A model generated the notes under the pieces. That model ran no database searches, was not told where the DNA came from, and worked only from the letters and a program-made list of their open reading frames with translations. A program made the translations under genes and the position numbers. This document shows, one piece after another, positions 10,456 through 21,231 of a stretch of DNA of 60,413 bases (positions are counted from its first letter, which is position 1; every line of letters begins with the position of its first letter). The stretch comes from an uncultured Erysipelotrichaceae bacterium. Its GTDB lineage: Bacteria > Bacillota_I > Bacilli_A > RF39 > UBA660. The stretch is from positions 1-60,413 of the forward strand of contig CACXGO010000021.1 in NCBI GenBank assembly GCA_902767245.1, written 5' to 3'.

Positions 10456-11148
10456 ATGATACCAAATCATATGGCTATTATCGTTGACGGTAATGGTAGA
10501 TGGGCTCGAAATAAAGGCTTACCACGGAGCCTAGGTCATAAAGCAGGTAGTGAAAGATTAGAAGAAATAACGCTTTATGCAGCTAAAAAAGGTATTAAAT
10601 ATTTAAGTTTATATGTGCTTTCGTGTGATAATTTAAAACGAAGTGAAGATGAAATAAATTTTTTATTCAAATTATTTATAAATACATTTAAAAAGAAAAA
10701 AGAGATTTATAAAACAAAAAATATTAAGGTTTTATTTTCAGGAGTTAAAGATAATCTTCCAGATTTACTTTTAAAAACGATGGATGAAATGGTCGAAATC
10801 ACAAAAGGTAATACTGGAATGATTGTTAATTTCTGCTTAAATTATAGTTCTAGAATGGAAATAATTGATGCATTTAAAAGAATAAGTAAAGAAAAAGTTA
10901 GTTTAGACAATATCGATTTAAGGAAATACATGTATCAAGATTTACCAGATATTGATTTTTTAATCAGAACTAGTGGTGAACAAAGATTGAGTGATTTTAT
11001 GCTTTATCAAGCATCATATGCGGAGCTTTATTTCCCTAAAGTTCTATTTCCTGATTTTGATAAAAATGAATTTGATATTGCATTAGCTGAATATGAAAAA
11101 CGTGATCGTAGATTTGGAGGTATAAATTATGAAAACACGAATAATTAG
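10456..11148 (+). CDS. uppS: Undecaprenyl diphosphate synthase
   Basis: IVDGNGRWA, IRTSGEQRLSDF, RRFGG; start refined to ATG 10456. Confidence 0.95.
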   Translation: MIPNHMAIIVDGNGRWARNKGLPRSLGHKAGSERLEEITLYAAKKGIKYLSLYVLSCDNLKRSEDEINFLFKLFINTFKKKKEIYKTKNIKVLFSGVKDNLPDLLLKTMDEMVEITKGNTGMIVNFCLNYSSRMEIIDAFKRISKEKVSLDNIDLRKYMYQDLPDIDFLIRTSGEQRLSDFMLYQASYAELYFPKVLFPDFDKNEFDIALAEYEKRDRRFGGINYENTNN

Positions 11149-11917
11149 TGCGTTAATAGCTTGCTTAATTGTAATTCCTATTGTTTATTTTGGAGGTTTA
11201 CCATATAGAATAGGTGTTGGATTAGTAGCAGTTATAGGATATACGGAATTTTTAATGACATATGAAAAGCAAAAAAGAATACCAGATTTAGTAAAAATTA
11301 TTGGTTATATTGTTTTATTTAGTATTTTTGCAATAAACATTCTAAATAAAAATAATTTTGATTTTAATTATAAAACATTAATATTCACATTAATAATGTT
11401 TTTAATACCAGTAATTCTTTATCACGATGATAAAACATATAATACTAAAGATGCTTTATATTTAGTTGGTGGAACTATTTTTTTAGGACTTGCATTTTCA
11501 ATTCTTTATACAATTAGAGAATGGGGACTTACTACTATTATTTATTTAGTTACAATTACTATTTCAGCGGACACATTTGCATACTTCACTGGAGTTTTAT
11601 TTGGTAAACATAAAATGATTCCAAGTATTTCTCCTAATAAAACATGGGAAGGCGCACTTGGTGGAACTATTTTTAGTGTTATTTTAGCTACTCTTTACTA
11701 TGTTACATATTTAAATCCAGACAAAAATTTATTTATGGCAATATTAATAACTTTATTTTTAACTATTATTAGTCAATTTGGAGACTTGATTTTTTCAGCA
11801 ATGAAAAGGAATGCAGGAATTAAAGATTTTTCAAATATTATGCCTGGTCATGGTGGTATTTTAGACCGCCTAGATAGTTTAATTTTAGTAATGCTAGCAT
11901 ATATGTTAATTTTATAG
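11129..11917 (+). CDS. cdsA: Phosphatidate cytidylyltransferase
   Basis: SPNKTWEG, KDFSNIMPGHGGILDRLDS. Confidence 0.95.
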   Translation: MKTRIISALIACLIVIPIVYFGGLPYRIGVGLVAVIGYTEFLMTYEKQKRIPDLVKIIGYIVLFSIFAINILNKNNFDFNYKTLIFTLIMFLIPVILYHDDKTYNTKDALYLVGGTIFLGLAFSILYTIREWGLTTIIYLVTITISADTFAYFTGVLFGKHKMIPSISPNKTWEGALGGTIFSVILATLYYVTYLNPDKNLFMAILITLFLTIISQFGDLIFSAMKRNAGIKDFSNIMPGHGGILDRLDSLILVMLAYMLIL

Positions 11918-11927
11918 GAGGATAAGT

Positions 11928-12968
11928 ATGACATTAATTTATTTTATTTTAGTTTTAGGAATTACCATTTTAATACATGAATTTGGGCATTTCATTTTTG
12001 CCAAAAAAGCCGGCGTTCATTGTTATGAATTTTCAATTGGAATGGGGCCAAGATTATTTAAATGGAATCGTAAAAATGATGAAACTGATTATTCGATTCG
12101 TTTGTTTCCAATTGGTGGATATGTTTCAATGGCAGGGGAAAGCATTGAAATGGATCCAAATGTTCCAAAAAATAAACATTTACAGAAAAAAACATGGTGG
12201 CAAAGATTTTCAATCATGTTTGCAGGTGTTTTATTTAATTATTTGCTTGCAATTGTTTGTTTTACAATCGTTGCTTTAAAAACAGGAGCTCCTACTAATG
12301 TTCCATATATTAAAGAAGTTTCTGAAGGATACTCAGCTTATGAAGAACAAGTTCCAGTAGATAGTATAATTACCAAAATAAATGATACAAATATTATTAA
12401 TTTAGATCATTTAAGTTTGGTTATTACCTCAGTAAATGGTCAAGACATTAATTTAACTGTAAAGACAAAAGAAGGCAACCTTGAAACTTATGCTTTAACG
12501 CCTAAAAAAGAAGAAGAAAATGGTAAAACAGTATATCGTTATGGCTTTGCAATTGGAACCGAATATGAAAAAGGGTTCTTTAAAGCCATAAAATATGGAT
12601 TTACCAAAATGTTTTCTTTATTCTACCAAATGATTTTAATCATTGGCTATTTAATCACAGGCAAATTAAGTTTAGGTTCACTATCTGGGCCAGTCGGAAT
12701 TTACAGTATTGTTGGTGAATCTGCAAAAGCAGGACTAATTAACTTAGTATATTTAGTTGGTTATTTATGTGTCAATGTTGGAGTTATTAATATTATTCCT
12801 TTACCAGCTTTTGATGGTGGGCATATATTATTCTTAATAATTGAAAAGATAAAAGGTAAACCAGTATCTCAAAAAGTAGAAAATACAATTCATGGAATTG
12901 GAATGGCATTTTTAATTTTACTTATGATTGCCATTTCAATAAATGACATCATAAAATTAATCAAATAG
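11928..12968 (+). CDS. rseP: Site-2 (M50) intramembrane metalloprotease
   Basis: HEFGH, NIIPLPAFDGG, PDZ-like middle region; synteny with uppS-cdsA. Confidence 0.94.
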   Translation: MTLIYFILVLGITILIHEFGHFIFAKKAGVHCYEFSIGMGPRLFKWNRKNDETDYSIRLFPIGGYVSMAGESIEMDPNVPKNKHLQKKTWWQRFSIMFAGVLFNYLLAIVCFTIVALKTGAPTNVPYIKEVSEGYSAYEEQVPVDSIITKINDTNIINLDHLSLVITSVNGQDINLTVKTKEGNLETYALTPKKEEENGKTVYRYGFAIGTEYEKGFFKAIKYGFTKMFSLFYQMILIIGYLITGKLSLGSLSGPVGIYSIVGESAKAGLINLVYLVGYLCVNVGVINIIPLPAFDGGHILFLIIEKIKGKPVSQKVENTIHGIGMAFLILLMIAISINDIIKLIK

Positions 12969-12980
12969 GGGGGGTAAAGT

Positions 12981-13877
12981 ATGTTAAAAGTAGAAAACGT
13001 AACAAAATATTATGGCGATATAAAAGCTGTAGATAATTTATCATTTGAAGTGAGGCCCGGTGAAATATTCGGGCTTCTTGGTGTCAATGGAGCAGGTAAA
13101 ACAACAACATTTAGAATGATTACTAATTTACTTGATCCAACAAGCGGAAAAATAACTTTAAATGGTAAAAAAATCGATTATAATATGACTGATAAAATTG
13201 GATTTTTGACTGAAGAAAGAAGTTTACTTACAAAATTGACTGTAAAAGAACAATGTTACTTTTTTGGAGCGCTTAAGGGTATGAGCGATAACGAAATAGA
13301 AAAAAGTATGAACTCTTTACTTAATGAATTTGAAGTAGCAGAATACAAAGAGCGAAAAATCAAAGAACTTTCCAAAGGAAATCAACAAAAAATCCAGTTT
13401 GTAACAGCAATTTTAAATCACCCTAAATTACTAATTCTAGATGAACCATTTAGCGGTCTTGATCCAATTAATGTTGAACTTTTTAAAAAAGTAATTATTC
13501 GTCTTGCTAATGAGGGTAGTATGATAATATTTTCATCACATCGAATGGAACATGTTGAACTTTTCTGCGAAAAACTAGTTATTTTAGTGCACGGAAAATC
13601 AGTATTAGAAGGTTATTTAAAAGATATAAAAGAAAATTATCAAAAGAAAAACATTTTAATAAAAGGTGATTTAACTAAAAAAGATTTAGAAAATATTGAT
13701 GGGGTAATAAAAGTAGAAAAACTGAAAGATGAATTTAATGTTCAAATAAAAGATAAATCATATATTGATATTGTATTTAATAACATTAAAAAATTTAAAA
13801 TTATAAAATTTGTGGTTGAAGAACCAACGCTAAATGAAATATTTGTTGAGAAAGTTGGTGAAAGCTATGAGAAATAA
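12981..13877 (+). CDS. ABC transporter ATP-binding protein (YhaQ-like)
   Basis: GVNGAGKT, LSKGNQQK, ILDEPFSGLD. Confidence 0.92.
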   Translation: MLKVENVTKYYGDIKAVDNLSFEVRPGEIFGLLGVNGAGKTTTFRMITNLLDPTSGKITLNGKKIDYNMTDKIGFLTEERSLLTKLTVKEQCYFFGALKGMSDNEIEKSMNSLLNEFEVAEYKERKIKELSKGNQQKIQFVTAILNHPKLLILDEPFSGLDPINVELFKKVIIRLANEGSMIIFSSHRMEHVELFCEKLVILVHGKSVLEGYLKDIKENYQKKNILIKGDLTKKDLENIDGVIKVEKLKDEFNVQIKDKSYIDIVFNNIKKFKIIKFVVEEPTLNEIFVEKVGESYEK

Positions 13878-15189
13878 ACTTGGATTTTTAATTAGTGTAA
13901 GTTTAAAGAGAAAAATAAAATCTAAATGGTTTATAATAGCTAATATTTTAGTTGGCTTATTAATAATTGGCTTATTAAATATTGACACAATTATCAATTA
14001 TTTTGGTGGCGATTTTAATGAAAAGCGTGTTATTTATGTTGTTGATAATGCCAATGCTTATGAAAGCTTTAAAGATTTTTTATCAAAATCAGCAATTTTA
14101 AGCTTTGAAAACGAGAATGATACTTACGACATTATTTTAACCCAAAAATCAATTGAGGAACTAAAAAAAGATTATGACAGTGAAAGTGATAAAAAAGAAT
14201 TTTGGATAGTTGCATTTAATAAAAGTGAAAAAAATGTTATTGATGCAAAAGTAATCAGTAAGTCTTTCATTGATACACTGGATTATCAATTACTTGTAGG
14301 AGCCATCAATAACACCAAAACAATGCTTGCAATCCGTGACTATAATCTAAGTGAAGACGATATAAATCGTTTGTTTGGAACAATTGAAGTTGAACGTGAA
14401 ATAATTGATGAAAATCAAAAATCTGAAGACGAAATGATGGCTTCAATGTTTACAACAGTATTTCCAGTTGTAGTATTACCGTTCTTTATTCTTTCGATTA
14501 TGTTAGTTCAAAATATAGGTTCTGAAGTAAATGATGAAAAAACAACTAGAGGAATGGAAATAATTATTTCCAGTGTTTCACCAAGAAAACACTTTTTTGC
14601 AAAAGTAATTGCTGGAAACTTATTTATTTTAATTCAAGGAATATTACTGCTAGTTTTTGGTGGAATTGGATTATTTATAAGAAGCGAAACAAGTACACTC
14701 GTTGCTAAGGGAAGTTTTGACCTTACTGAAATAACTTCAAAACTTATAACACCTTCAATTATTTCAGAACTTACATCAATTATTCCGGCTTTATTAATAC
14801 TTATGATTTTAACATTTATTGGTTATTCACTTGTTGCTGGTATTTTAGCTTCAATGACAACAAATGCCGAAGATTTCCAGCATGTACAAACTCCAATTAT
14901 GATGATTTCATTAGTTGGATATTATTTATCAATGATGGCGGGAATCTTTAAAGGTGCAACCTTCTTAAAAATACTTTCATATTTTCCATTTATTTCAGCA
15001 ATTCTGTCACCATCGTTACTTGTGATGGGAGATGCAACAATAATTGATTTTATTATTTCAGCTCTTATTATGGCATTAACAAATTATCTATTAATAAAAT
15101 ATGGGCTTAGAATTTACAAAGTTGGAATATTAAATTATTCATCAAAAGATCTTTGGAAAAAAATGATAAAAGCATTAAAAGAGAAGTAA
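13867..15189 (+). CDS. ABC-2 type permease (YhaP/NatB-like)
   Basis: N-terminal TM, extracellular loop, EK..RGMEII.SS motif, C-terminal TM bundle; overlaps the ATPase gene. Confidence 0.88.
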   Translation: MRNKLGFLISVSLKRKIKSKWFIIANILVGLLIIGLLNIDTIINYFGGDFNEKRVIYVVDNANAYESFKDFLSKSAILSFENENDTYDIILTQKSIEELKKDYDSESDKKEFWIVAFNKSEKNVIDAKVISKSFIDTLDYQLLVGAINNTKTMLAIRDYNLSEDDINRLFGTIEVEREIIDENQKSEDEMMASMFTTVFPVVVLPFFILSIMLVQNIGSEVNDEKTTRGMEIIISSVSPRKHFFAKVIAGNLFILIQGILLLVFGGIGLFIRSETSTLVAKGSFDLTEITSKLITPSIISELTSIIPALLILMILTFIGYSLVAGILASMTTNAEDFQHVQTPIMMISLVGYYLSMMAGIFKGATFLKILSYFPFISAILSPSLLVMGDATIIDFIISALIMALTNYLLIKYGLRIYKVGILNYSSKDLWKKMIKALKEK

Positions 15190-15200
15190 TTCTCTTTTTT
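15175..15200 (+). terminator. Intrinsic terminator, copy 3 of the 25-bp repeat (identical to 6523-6547)
   Basis: TTAAAAGAGAAGTAATTCTCTTTTT. Confidence 0.7.
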
Positions 15201-15255
15201 GTTTACATTAATAACTAGTATATTTATTTAATTTTTGTTATAATTAGTATGTGAT

Positions 15256-15330
15256 TGCCCCGTTGCCAAGCGGTAAGGCCTCGGACTCTGACTCCGATAT
15301 GCGTTAGTTCGAATCTAACCGGGGCAACCA
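15256..15330 (+). tRNA. tRNA-Gln(CTG)
   Basis: TGCCCCG...CTCTGAC...TTCGAAT...CGGGGCAACCA cloverleaf, anticodon CTG. Confidence 0.95.
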
Positions 15331-15381
15331 AGTATATTTTTTAAAACTAAATTATATAATTTAATAGAATGGAGAATTTTT

Positions 15382-16461
15382 ATGCGCGCTATAATTAGTG
15401 CCGGAGGCACTGGAGGACATATATATCCAGCATTAGCAATTATAAATAAAATCAAAGAAATGGAGCCAAATAGTGAATTTCTTTATATTGGTACTCATGA
15501 TCGTATGGAAAATGAAATAATCCCAAAACATGATATACCATTTAAAACTATTGAAATTTATGGTTTTAATAAAAATCCATTTAAAAATTTTAAAACTATT
15601 AAAAAATTTATTAAAGCATATAAAGACGCTAAAATAATGATTGAAGAATTTAAACCTGATGTTGTAATTGGCGTAGGTGGATATGTAACAGGTCCAGTTT
15701 TATATGCTGCAAGCAAACTTGGAATTAAAACATTTATTCACGAGCAAAATAGTATTCCTGGAAAATGTAATAAGTTTTTAAGTAAATATGTGGATGTGAT
15801 TGGTGTATCAATGAAATCTTCGTTGCAAGCATTCCCAGAAGCAAAAGTTCATTTTACTGGAAACCCTTGCAGTGAAGAAGCATTAAAGATGAAACCCGCA
15901 AAAAAAACAGACTTTGGTCTAACAGAAAACAAAAAATTAGTTTATATAGTAATGGGATCACTTGGATCAAGTGCAATAACTGAAAAGTTAAAATCATCAA
16001 TTAAACTTTTTGATAAAAAAGATTATGAAGTTATGTTTGTAACCGGAAAAGGTTCATACAATGATATAAGTGCATTAGAAATACCATCTAATGTAAAAAT
16101 TTTTCCATATGTTGAAGCACAAGCTCGCATTATGAAAAGAGCTGATTTAATTGTCACTCGATGTGGAGCTTCAACATTAGCAGAAATAATTTCGTTAAAA
16201 TTACCATCAATATTAATACCTAGTCCATATGTTCCAAATAACCATCAATTTATTAATGGTATGGATTTTGTAAACAAAAATGCTGGTGTTATGATTGAAG
16301 AAAAAGATTTAACCGGAGAACTTTTAGTAAACACTATCGATAAATTAATCAATGACAATAATAAATTAAAAGAAATGAAAGAAAATTTATCGGATTTAGG
16401 AATAGATGACTCTGCAAGTCAAATTTATAAGTTATTGAAAGAACTCACAAGTAAGGAGTAA
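15382..16461 (+). CDS. murG: Lipid II GlcNAc transferase
   Basis: GGTGGHIYPA, HEQN, GSLGS, NHQ..N. Confidence 0.96.
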   Translation: MRAIISAGGTGGHIYPALAIINKIKEMEPNSEFLYIGTHDRMENEIIPKHDIPFKTIEIYGFNKNPFKNFKTIKKFIKAYKDAKIMIEEFKPDVVIGVGGYVTGPVLYAASKLGIKTFIHEQNSIPGKCNKFLSKYVDVIGVSMKSSLQAFPEAKVHFTGNPCSEEALKMKPAKKTDFGLTENKKLVYIVMGSLGSSAITEKLKSSIKLFDKKDYEVMFVTGKGSYNDISALEIPSNVKIFPYVEAQARIMKRADLIVTRCGASTLAEIISLKLPSILIPSPYVPNNHQFINGMDFVNKNAGVMIEEKDLTGELLVNTIDKLINDNNKLKEMKENLSDLGIDDSASQIYKLLKELTSKE

Positions 16462-16464
16462 AAA

Positions 16465-17361
16465 ATGACAATAAAAGAAATATTTAAGAAAGTAAAATGT
16501 GGACATAAAGAATATGACGTATCATTAAAAAAATATACTACATATAAGCTTAATACAATTGCTAGACTTATAGTAAGTCCACACAATATTGATGAATTAA
16601 AATTAGTTTTAACGACAATAAAAAATAATAATTTAAATTATAAAATCCTAGGTAATGGCTCAAATCTAATATTTGCAACCGATATTTATGAAGGAATTTT
16701 AATAAAACTAAACGATTTAAATGATTTAAAAATTAAAGGAACAAGAATTATTGTTGGAGCAGGATATAATTTAGTAAAACTCACAATGAAAGCTGCAAGT
16801 GAATCCCTAACTGGATTAGAATTTGCATCAGGAATTCCTGGTACTGTTGGTGGAGCTTGTTATATGAATGCAGGCGCATATAAAAGTGATATGGGATACA
16901 TTGTTGAATCAGTTAAAGTTCTTACACCAAATTTAGAAATAATAACAATGATGAACAATGAACTTGATTATCACTATCGTTCTTCGTTTTTTCAAAAAAA
17001 TAAAAATTATGTTATTTTAGAGGCAACTCTTCATTTGAAAAAAGGTAAGAAAGAGGCAATAATGGCAGTTATAAATGATCGTCGTGAACGTAGAATTGCT
17101 TCACAACCACTAGAATATCCAAATGCTGGAAGTGTTTTTAGAAATCCGGAAAATGATTTCGCCGGAAGATTAATTGAAGAAAGCGGGTTAAAAGGAACCC
17201 ATATAGGTGATGCCTATGTTAGTGAAAAACATGCCAATTTCATTATTAATAAAGGTAATGCAAGTGGCAAAGATATAAAAAAATTGATTGAAAAAATAAA
17301 AAAAGAAGTAAAAGAAAAATATAATATAGAATTAAAAGTTGAACAAGAAATTATTGAATAA
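16465..17361 (+). CDS. murB: UDP-N-acetylenolpyruvoylglucosamine reductase
   Basis: GNGSNL, GIPGTVGG..MNAGA, GSVFRNP, HANFIIN. Confidence 0.96.
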   Translation: MTIKEIFKKVKCGHKEYDVSLKKYTTYKLNTIARLIVSPHNIDELKLVLTTIKNNNLNYKILGNGSNLIFATDIYEGILIKLNDLNDLKIKGTRIIVGAGYNLVKLTMKAASESLTGLEFASGIPGTVGGACYMNAGAYKSDMGYIVESVKVLTPNLEIITMMNNELDYHYRSSFFQKNKNYVILEATLHLKKGKKEAIMAVINDRRERRIASQPLEYPNAGSVFRNPENDFAGRLIEESGLKGTHIGDAYVSEKHANFIINKGNASGKDIKKLIEKIKKEVKEKYNIELKVEQEIIE

Positions 17362-17373
17362 ATAGGTGAAATT

Positions 17374-18045
17374 ATGAAAAAGGGTAAAAAGAAAGTTAAA
17401 ATTCGCTATGATCGTATAATAATGGTATTAATTATTTTAATAATTATAGGATTTATAATATATAAATATTTTGATAGAAATTTAAAAAACATTTATATTT
17501 CTGGAAATACTTATTTATCTGATCAAACAATTATCAAAATAGCAAAAATTAATAATTACCCTAAAATGATTAATATAAATAACCTTAATATTAAAGAAAA
17601 ATTGCTTGAAAATAGTTATATTGACGATGTTGACATAAGTAAAAAGTCTACTGAACTTCATATTAAAATCAAAGAAGCTCATCCAATATACCTTGACTCA
17701 AATACTAATAAAACTATTTTATCTAATGGAAATAGTGTTGATGATATTTATATTCTACCAACATTAATTAATTATGTTCCAGATACTATTGTAAAAGACT
17801 TTAATAAAGCTATGGGAAATGTCAAAAATGAAATACTCATTAAAATATCTGAAATAAAATATGATCCTAATATTGATTCAGAAAGATTTTTGCTCACAAT
17901 GACAGATGGAAATTATGTTTATATAAATATTAATCGTTTCGATTTAATCAATAATTATTTAACAATTATTTCTAATTTCAAAGATCAAAAAGGAATCGTT
18001 TATTTAGATTCTGGAAGTCATTTTGAACTATTTAAAAAAAGTTAA
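17374..18045 (+). CDS. divIB: Cell division protein DivIB/FtsQ
   Basis: Basic N-tail, single TM, POTRA-like I.ISGN..LS motif; located between murB and ftsA. Confidence 0.8.
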   Translation: MKKGKKKVKIRYDRIIMVLIILIIIGFIIYKYFDRNLKNIYISGNTYLSDQTIIKIAKINNYPKMININNLNIKEKLLENSYIDDVDISKKSTELHIKIKEAHPIYLDSNTNKTILSNGNSVDDIYILPTLINYVPDTIVKDFNKAMGNVKNEILIKISEIKYDPNIDSERFLLTMTDGNYVYININRFDLINNYLTIISNFKDQKGIVYLDSGSHFELFKKS

Positions 18046-18129
18046 AATTATTAACTTTTTTTATTTTTTCTCTTTTATAATCATCATGTTTATAGTATAA
18101 TTGTTATTAGATTATAGGAGATGATTTGA

Positions 18130-19368
18130 GTGCGACATATATATACTAGTATTGACATTGGGTCAGATACTATCAAAGTAATTGTATGTGAATTATGCAA
18201 AAACAAACTTAATTTGCTTGGAGCATCTTCAGTTAATGCAAATGGAATAAAAAAGGGCGTTATAAGTGATCCCAAAGCTGCAATTATTTCAATAAAAAAA
18301 GCCATCAATGAGGTTGAAGAAATGCTAGGAATTGAATTAAAAAAAGTTTTAGTAACAGTTCCAAGCTATTTTGCAAAATATAAAACTTTTAAAGAAGAAA
18401 TTGCACTTGATGATACACCAATTTCTAACGAAACTATTAGTAAACTAATGCAACAAATTCTTACAAACAACAGTAATAAAGCAGAAGAAATTGCAACGGT
18501 TCAAACAACTGACTATAAAGTCGATGATGTTGAAGTTAAAGATCCAAAAGGTCAAATTGGCAAAACATTAAAAGTTAGAGGAATTGTTACAACAATTCCA
18601 CGTGAAAATTTATATTCAGTCGTTGCTTTACTTGAGAAAAATGGAATTAATGTTGTTGACGTTTGTGTTGGACCTATATCTGATTATTATGCATATAAAT
18701 CTAAACAATATGATTCTAAAAATGGAATCGTTGTTAATATTGGTTCTGAACTTACCACAATTTCAGTTGTAACTCATGGAATAGTAATTAAATCAAGTGT
18801 CATCCAATTTGGTGGTAAAAGCATTGATAACGATATAGCTTATATATACAAAATTGATAGTAAAAGTGCTACAGCATTAAAAGAAAAATTTGCATTTGCT
18901 CATTCATCTGGGGCAAAATCAGATGAAGTTAAGGTAGTAAAAAACATTATAAATGAAGATATTGAAATAAATCAACATAAAATATCAGAAATTTGCATGG
19001 CTAGGCTAGAGGAAATATTAAACTTAATAAAAAACGAAATTTCTTCTTTGACTAATATAGAAAATGATTATATAATAATTACAGGCGGAACTAGTAATAT
19101 GAAAGGTCTAGGTAAGCTCGCAATTGAAAAACTTGATTCAACAGCAGTAGTTGAAAATATAAAATTATTAGGTGTTCGTAACAATAAGTTTGTAACGCCT
19201 ATCGGAACAATTATATATTTTATAAGTAAACTAAAAACTAGAGGTCAAGAATATACTATGATTGATAAAAACGAAGTAAATGAAATGATTTCAAATGCTA
19301 AAAGTAAAAACATTAAAAATGGTAATAATGTAATAGATAAAGTATTTAATTACTTTTTCAATGAATAA
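18130..19368 (+). CDS. ftsA: Cell division protein FtsA
   Basis: [19 protein letters not shown]; amphipathic C-terminal helix; precedes ftsZ. Confidence 0.92.
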   Translation: MRHIYTSIDIGSDTIKVIVCELCKNKLNLLGASSVNANGIKKGVISDPKAAIISIKKAINEVEEMLGIELKKVLVTVPSYFAKYKTFKEEIALDDTPISNETISKLMQQILTNNSNKAEEIATVQTTDYKVDDVEVKDPKGQIGKTLKVRGIVTTIPRENLYSVVALLEKNGINVVDVCVGPISDYYAYKSKQYDSKNGIVVNIGSELTTISVVTHGIVIKSSVIQFGGKSIDNDIAYIYKIDSKSATALKEKFAFAHSSGAKSDEVKVVKNIINEDIEINQHKISEICMARLEEILNLIKNEISSLTNIENDYIIITGGTSNMKGLGKLAIEKLDSTAVVENIKLLGVRNNKFVTPIGTIIYFISKLKTRGQEYTMIDKNEVNEMISNAKSKNIKNGNNVIDKVFNYFFNE

Positions 19369-19385
19369 AGGAGGAATTAGTAATT

Positions 19386-20450
19386 ATGTTTGGAGTAGAA
19401 ATGAATTTATTAGCAAAAATTAAAGTTATTGGAGTAGGTGGCGGTGGTAATAACGCCGTTAATCGCATGATCGAATCCGGATTAAAAGGAGTAGATTTTA
19501 TTGTTGCTAATACGGATTTACAAGTTTTAAACAATTCACAAGCACCAACAAAAATTCAAATAGGCGCTGAACTTACAAATGGCTTAGGTGCAGGTGCTAA
19601 TCCTCAAGTTGGAAAAGAAGCAGCATTGGAATCTAAAGCCGATTTAGAGGAAGCTCTTAAAGGTGCTGATATGGTATTTGTAACTTGTGGTATGGGGGGT
19701 GGAACTGGTACTGGTGCTGCACCTATAATTGCAGAAATTGCTCAAAGTTTAGGAGCTTTAACAGTTGGAATTGTTACGAAACCATTTTCATTTGAAGGAA
19801 AAAAGAGAATGGCACAAGCTTTAGCAGGTTTAGAAGAGTTAAAAAAACATGTTGATACACTTATCGTTGTTCCAAATGATCGTTTAAGAGAATTAATTGA
19901 CAAAACAACTCCTCTTTTAGATTCATTTAAAGAAGTAGATAATGTATTAAGAACTGGCGTTCAATCAATTTCTGATTTAATTGCTGTATCAGGTTTAATT
20001 AACTTAGACTTTGCAGATGTTAAAGCCGTTATGGAAAAACGTGGTAATGCACTAATCGGAATTGGTATTGGAGTAGGCGAAAATAGAGCTGCAGAAGCTG
20101 CAAGACAAGCAGTCTCTAGTCCACTTCTTGAAACAAGCATTAATGGTGCAACTGATGCTATAATTAATGTTACTGGTGGTCCATCACTTACATTATTTGA
20201 AGTTGAGGAGGCAGCCGAAGTAGTTAGAACAAGTGCTAATACTGATATAAATACAATTTTTGGTGCAATTATTTCTGAAAATTTAACTGATGAAGTAATT
20301 GTTACTGTTATTGCTACGGGATTTGAAGAAGAAAGTGAACCTTTATACAAATCATACGCCAAAAGCAATGTAAAAGAAGAAAAATTTGATCCTGAAGAAG
20401 ACAATAATGATACGGATATTCCATCATTTTTCAGAAATAGAAACTTCTAA
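19386..20450 (+). CDS. ftsZ: Cell division protein FtsZ
   Basis: GGGTGTG signature, NLDFAD, C-terminal DIPSFFR. Confidence 0.99.
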   Translation: MFGVEMNLLAKIKVIGVGGGGNNAVNRMIESGLKGVDFIVANTDLQVLNNSQAPTKIQIGAELTNGLGAGANPQVGKEAALESKADLEEALKGADMVFVTCGMGGGTGTGAAPIIAEIAQSLGALTVGIVTKPFSFEGKKRMAQALAGLEELKKHVDTLIVVPNDRLRELIDKTTPLLDSFKEVDNVLRTGVQSISDLIAVSGLINLDFADVKAVMEKRGNALIGIGIGVGENRAAEAARQAVSSPLLETSINGATDAIINVTGGPSLTLFEVEEAAEVVRTSANTDINTIFGAIISENLTDEVIVTVIATGFEEESEPLYKSYAKSNVKEEKFDPEEDNNDTDIPSFFRNRNF

Positions 20451-20506
20451 TCATAAAACGACACAATTATATGTGTCTTTTTTTTATGATTATATTGGTG
20501 ATATTT

Positions 20507-21229
20507 ATGTATATAGAATTAATTATTATTTTTAATATTTATATTGATTTTTTAATAATTATGATGACATCTATTTTAATGCATCAAAAAATTTCAATAA
20601 AAAAAATTTTTTCTGCATCATTTATTTATGGACTATCATCAATAGTTTTATTTGCAAAAATATCTATTTTAGAATTATTAATTTTCAGTTTTATTATGTG
20701 TTTTATTATCACCAAAATCATCTTTCATAAATTAAAAGCATTAATGTATTTTTATTTAAACGCTATTTTAATCGGTGGAGTCATTTTTTTAATAAATAAT
20801 TATTTTAAAATCTCTACTTTTGGAAACTATTTATTGTTAATAATCCTAACTCCAATTATCCTATTAATCTACAAATATAGAATCAAAGATTTAAAAGAAA
20901 ACTACAATTTAAATTATCAAATACATTTTAAATATAATAATCAAAACATAATTTTAAATGCATTTTTAGATACAGGTAATAAATTAAATGACCCATATTT
21001 TAATAAGCCAGTTATATTAATTAATGAATCAATTATAAAATGTGACAAATATTTTTATATACCATATAGTACAATAACAGAAACTGGTATTATTAAGGCA
21101 ACAACAGTAAGTGAAATAGAAATAGTAGGAATAAAAAAAATAAAAAATGCTGTCATTGGCTTACTACCAAAAAAATTGCAAATGAAAAAAATTGATTGTC
21201 TTTTAAATAATAGGCTACTGGAGGAATAA
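20507..21229 (+). CDS. spoIIGA: Pro-sigma-E processing aspartic peptidase
   Basis: TM-rich N-terminus, FLDTGN catalytic motif, between ftsZ and sigE; start refined to ATG 20507. Confidence 0.88.
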   Translation: MYIELIIIFNIYIDFLIIMMTSILMHQKISIKKIFSASFIYGLSSIVLFAKISILELLIFSFIMCFIITKIIFHKLKALMYFYLNAILIGGVIFLINNYFKISTFGNYLLLIILTPIILLIYKYRIKDLKENYNLNYQIHFKYNNQNIILNAFLDTGNKLNDPYFNKPVILINESIIKCDKYFYIPYSTITETGIIKATTVSEIEIVGIKKIKNAVIGLLPKKLQMKKIDCLLNNRLLEE

Positions 21230-21231
21230 AA

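Noticed and set aside
20451-20490. Spo0A boxes upstream of spoIIGA
   Set aside because: Only weak matches (TGTCGTT, TGTCTTT), lying inside the ftsZ terminator hairpin
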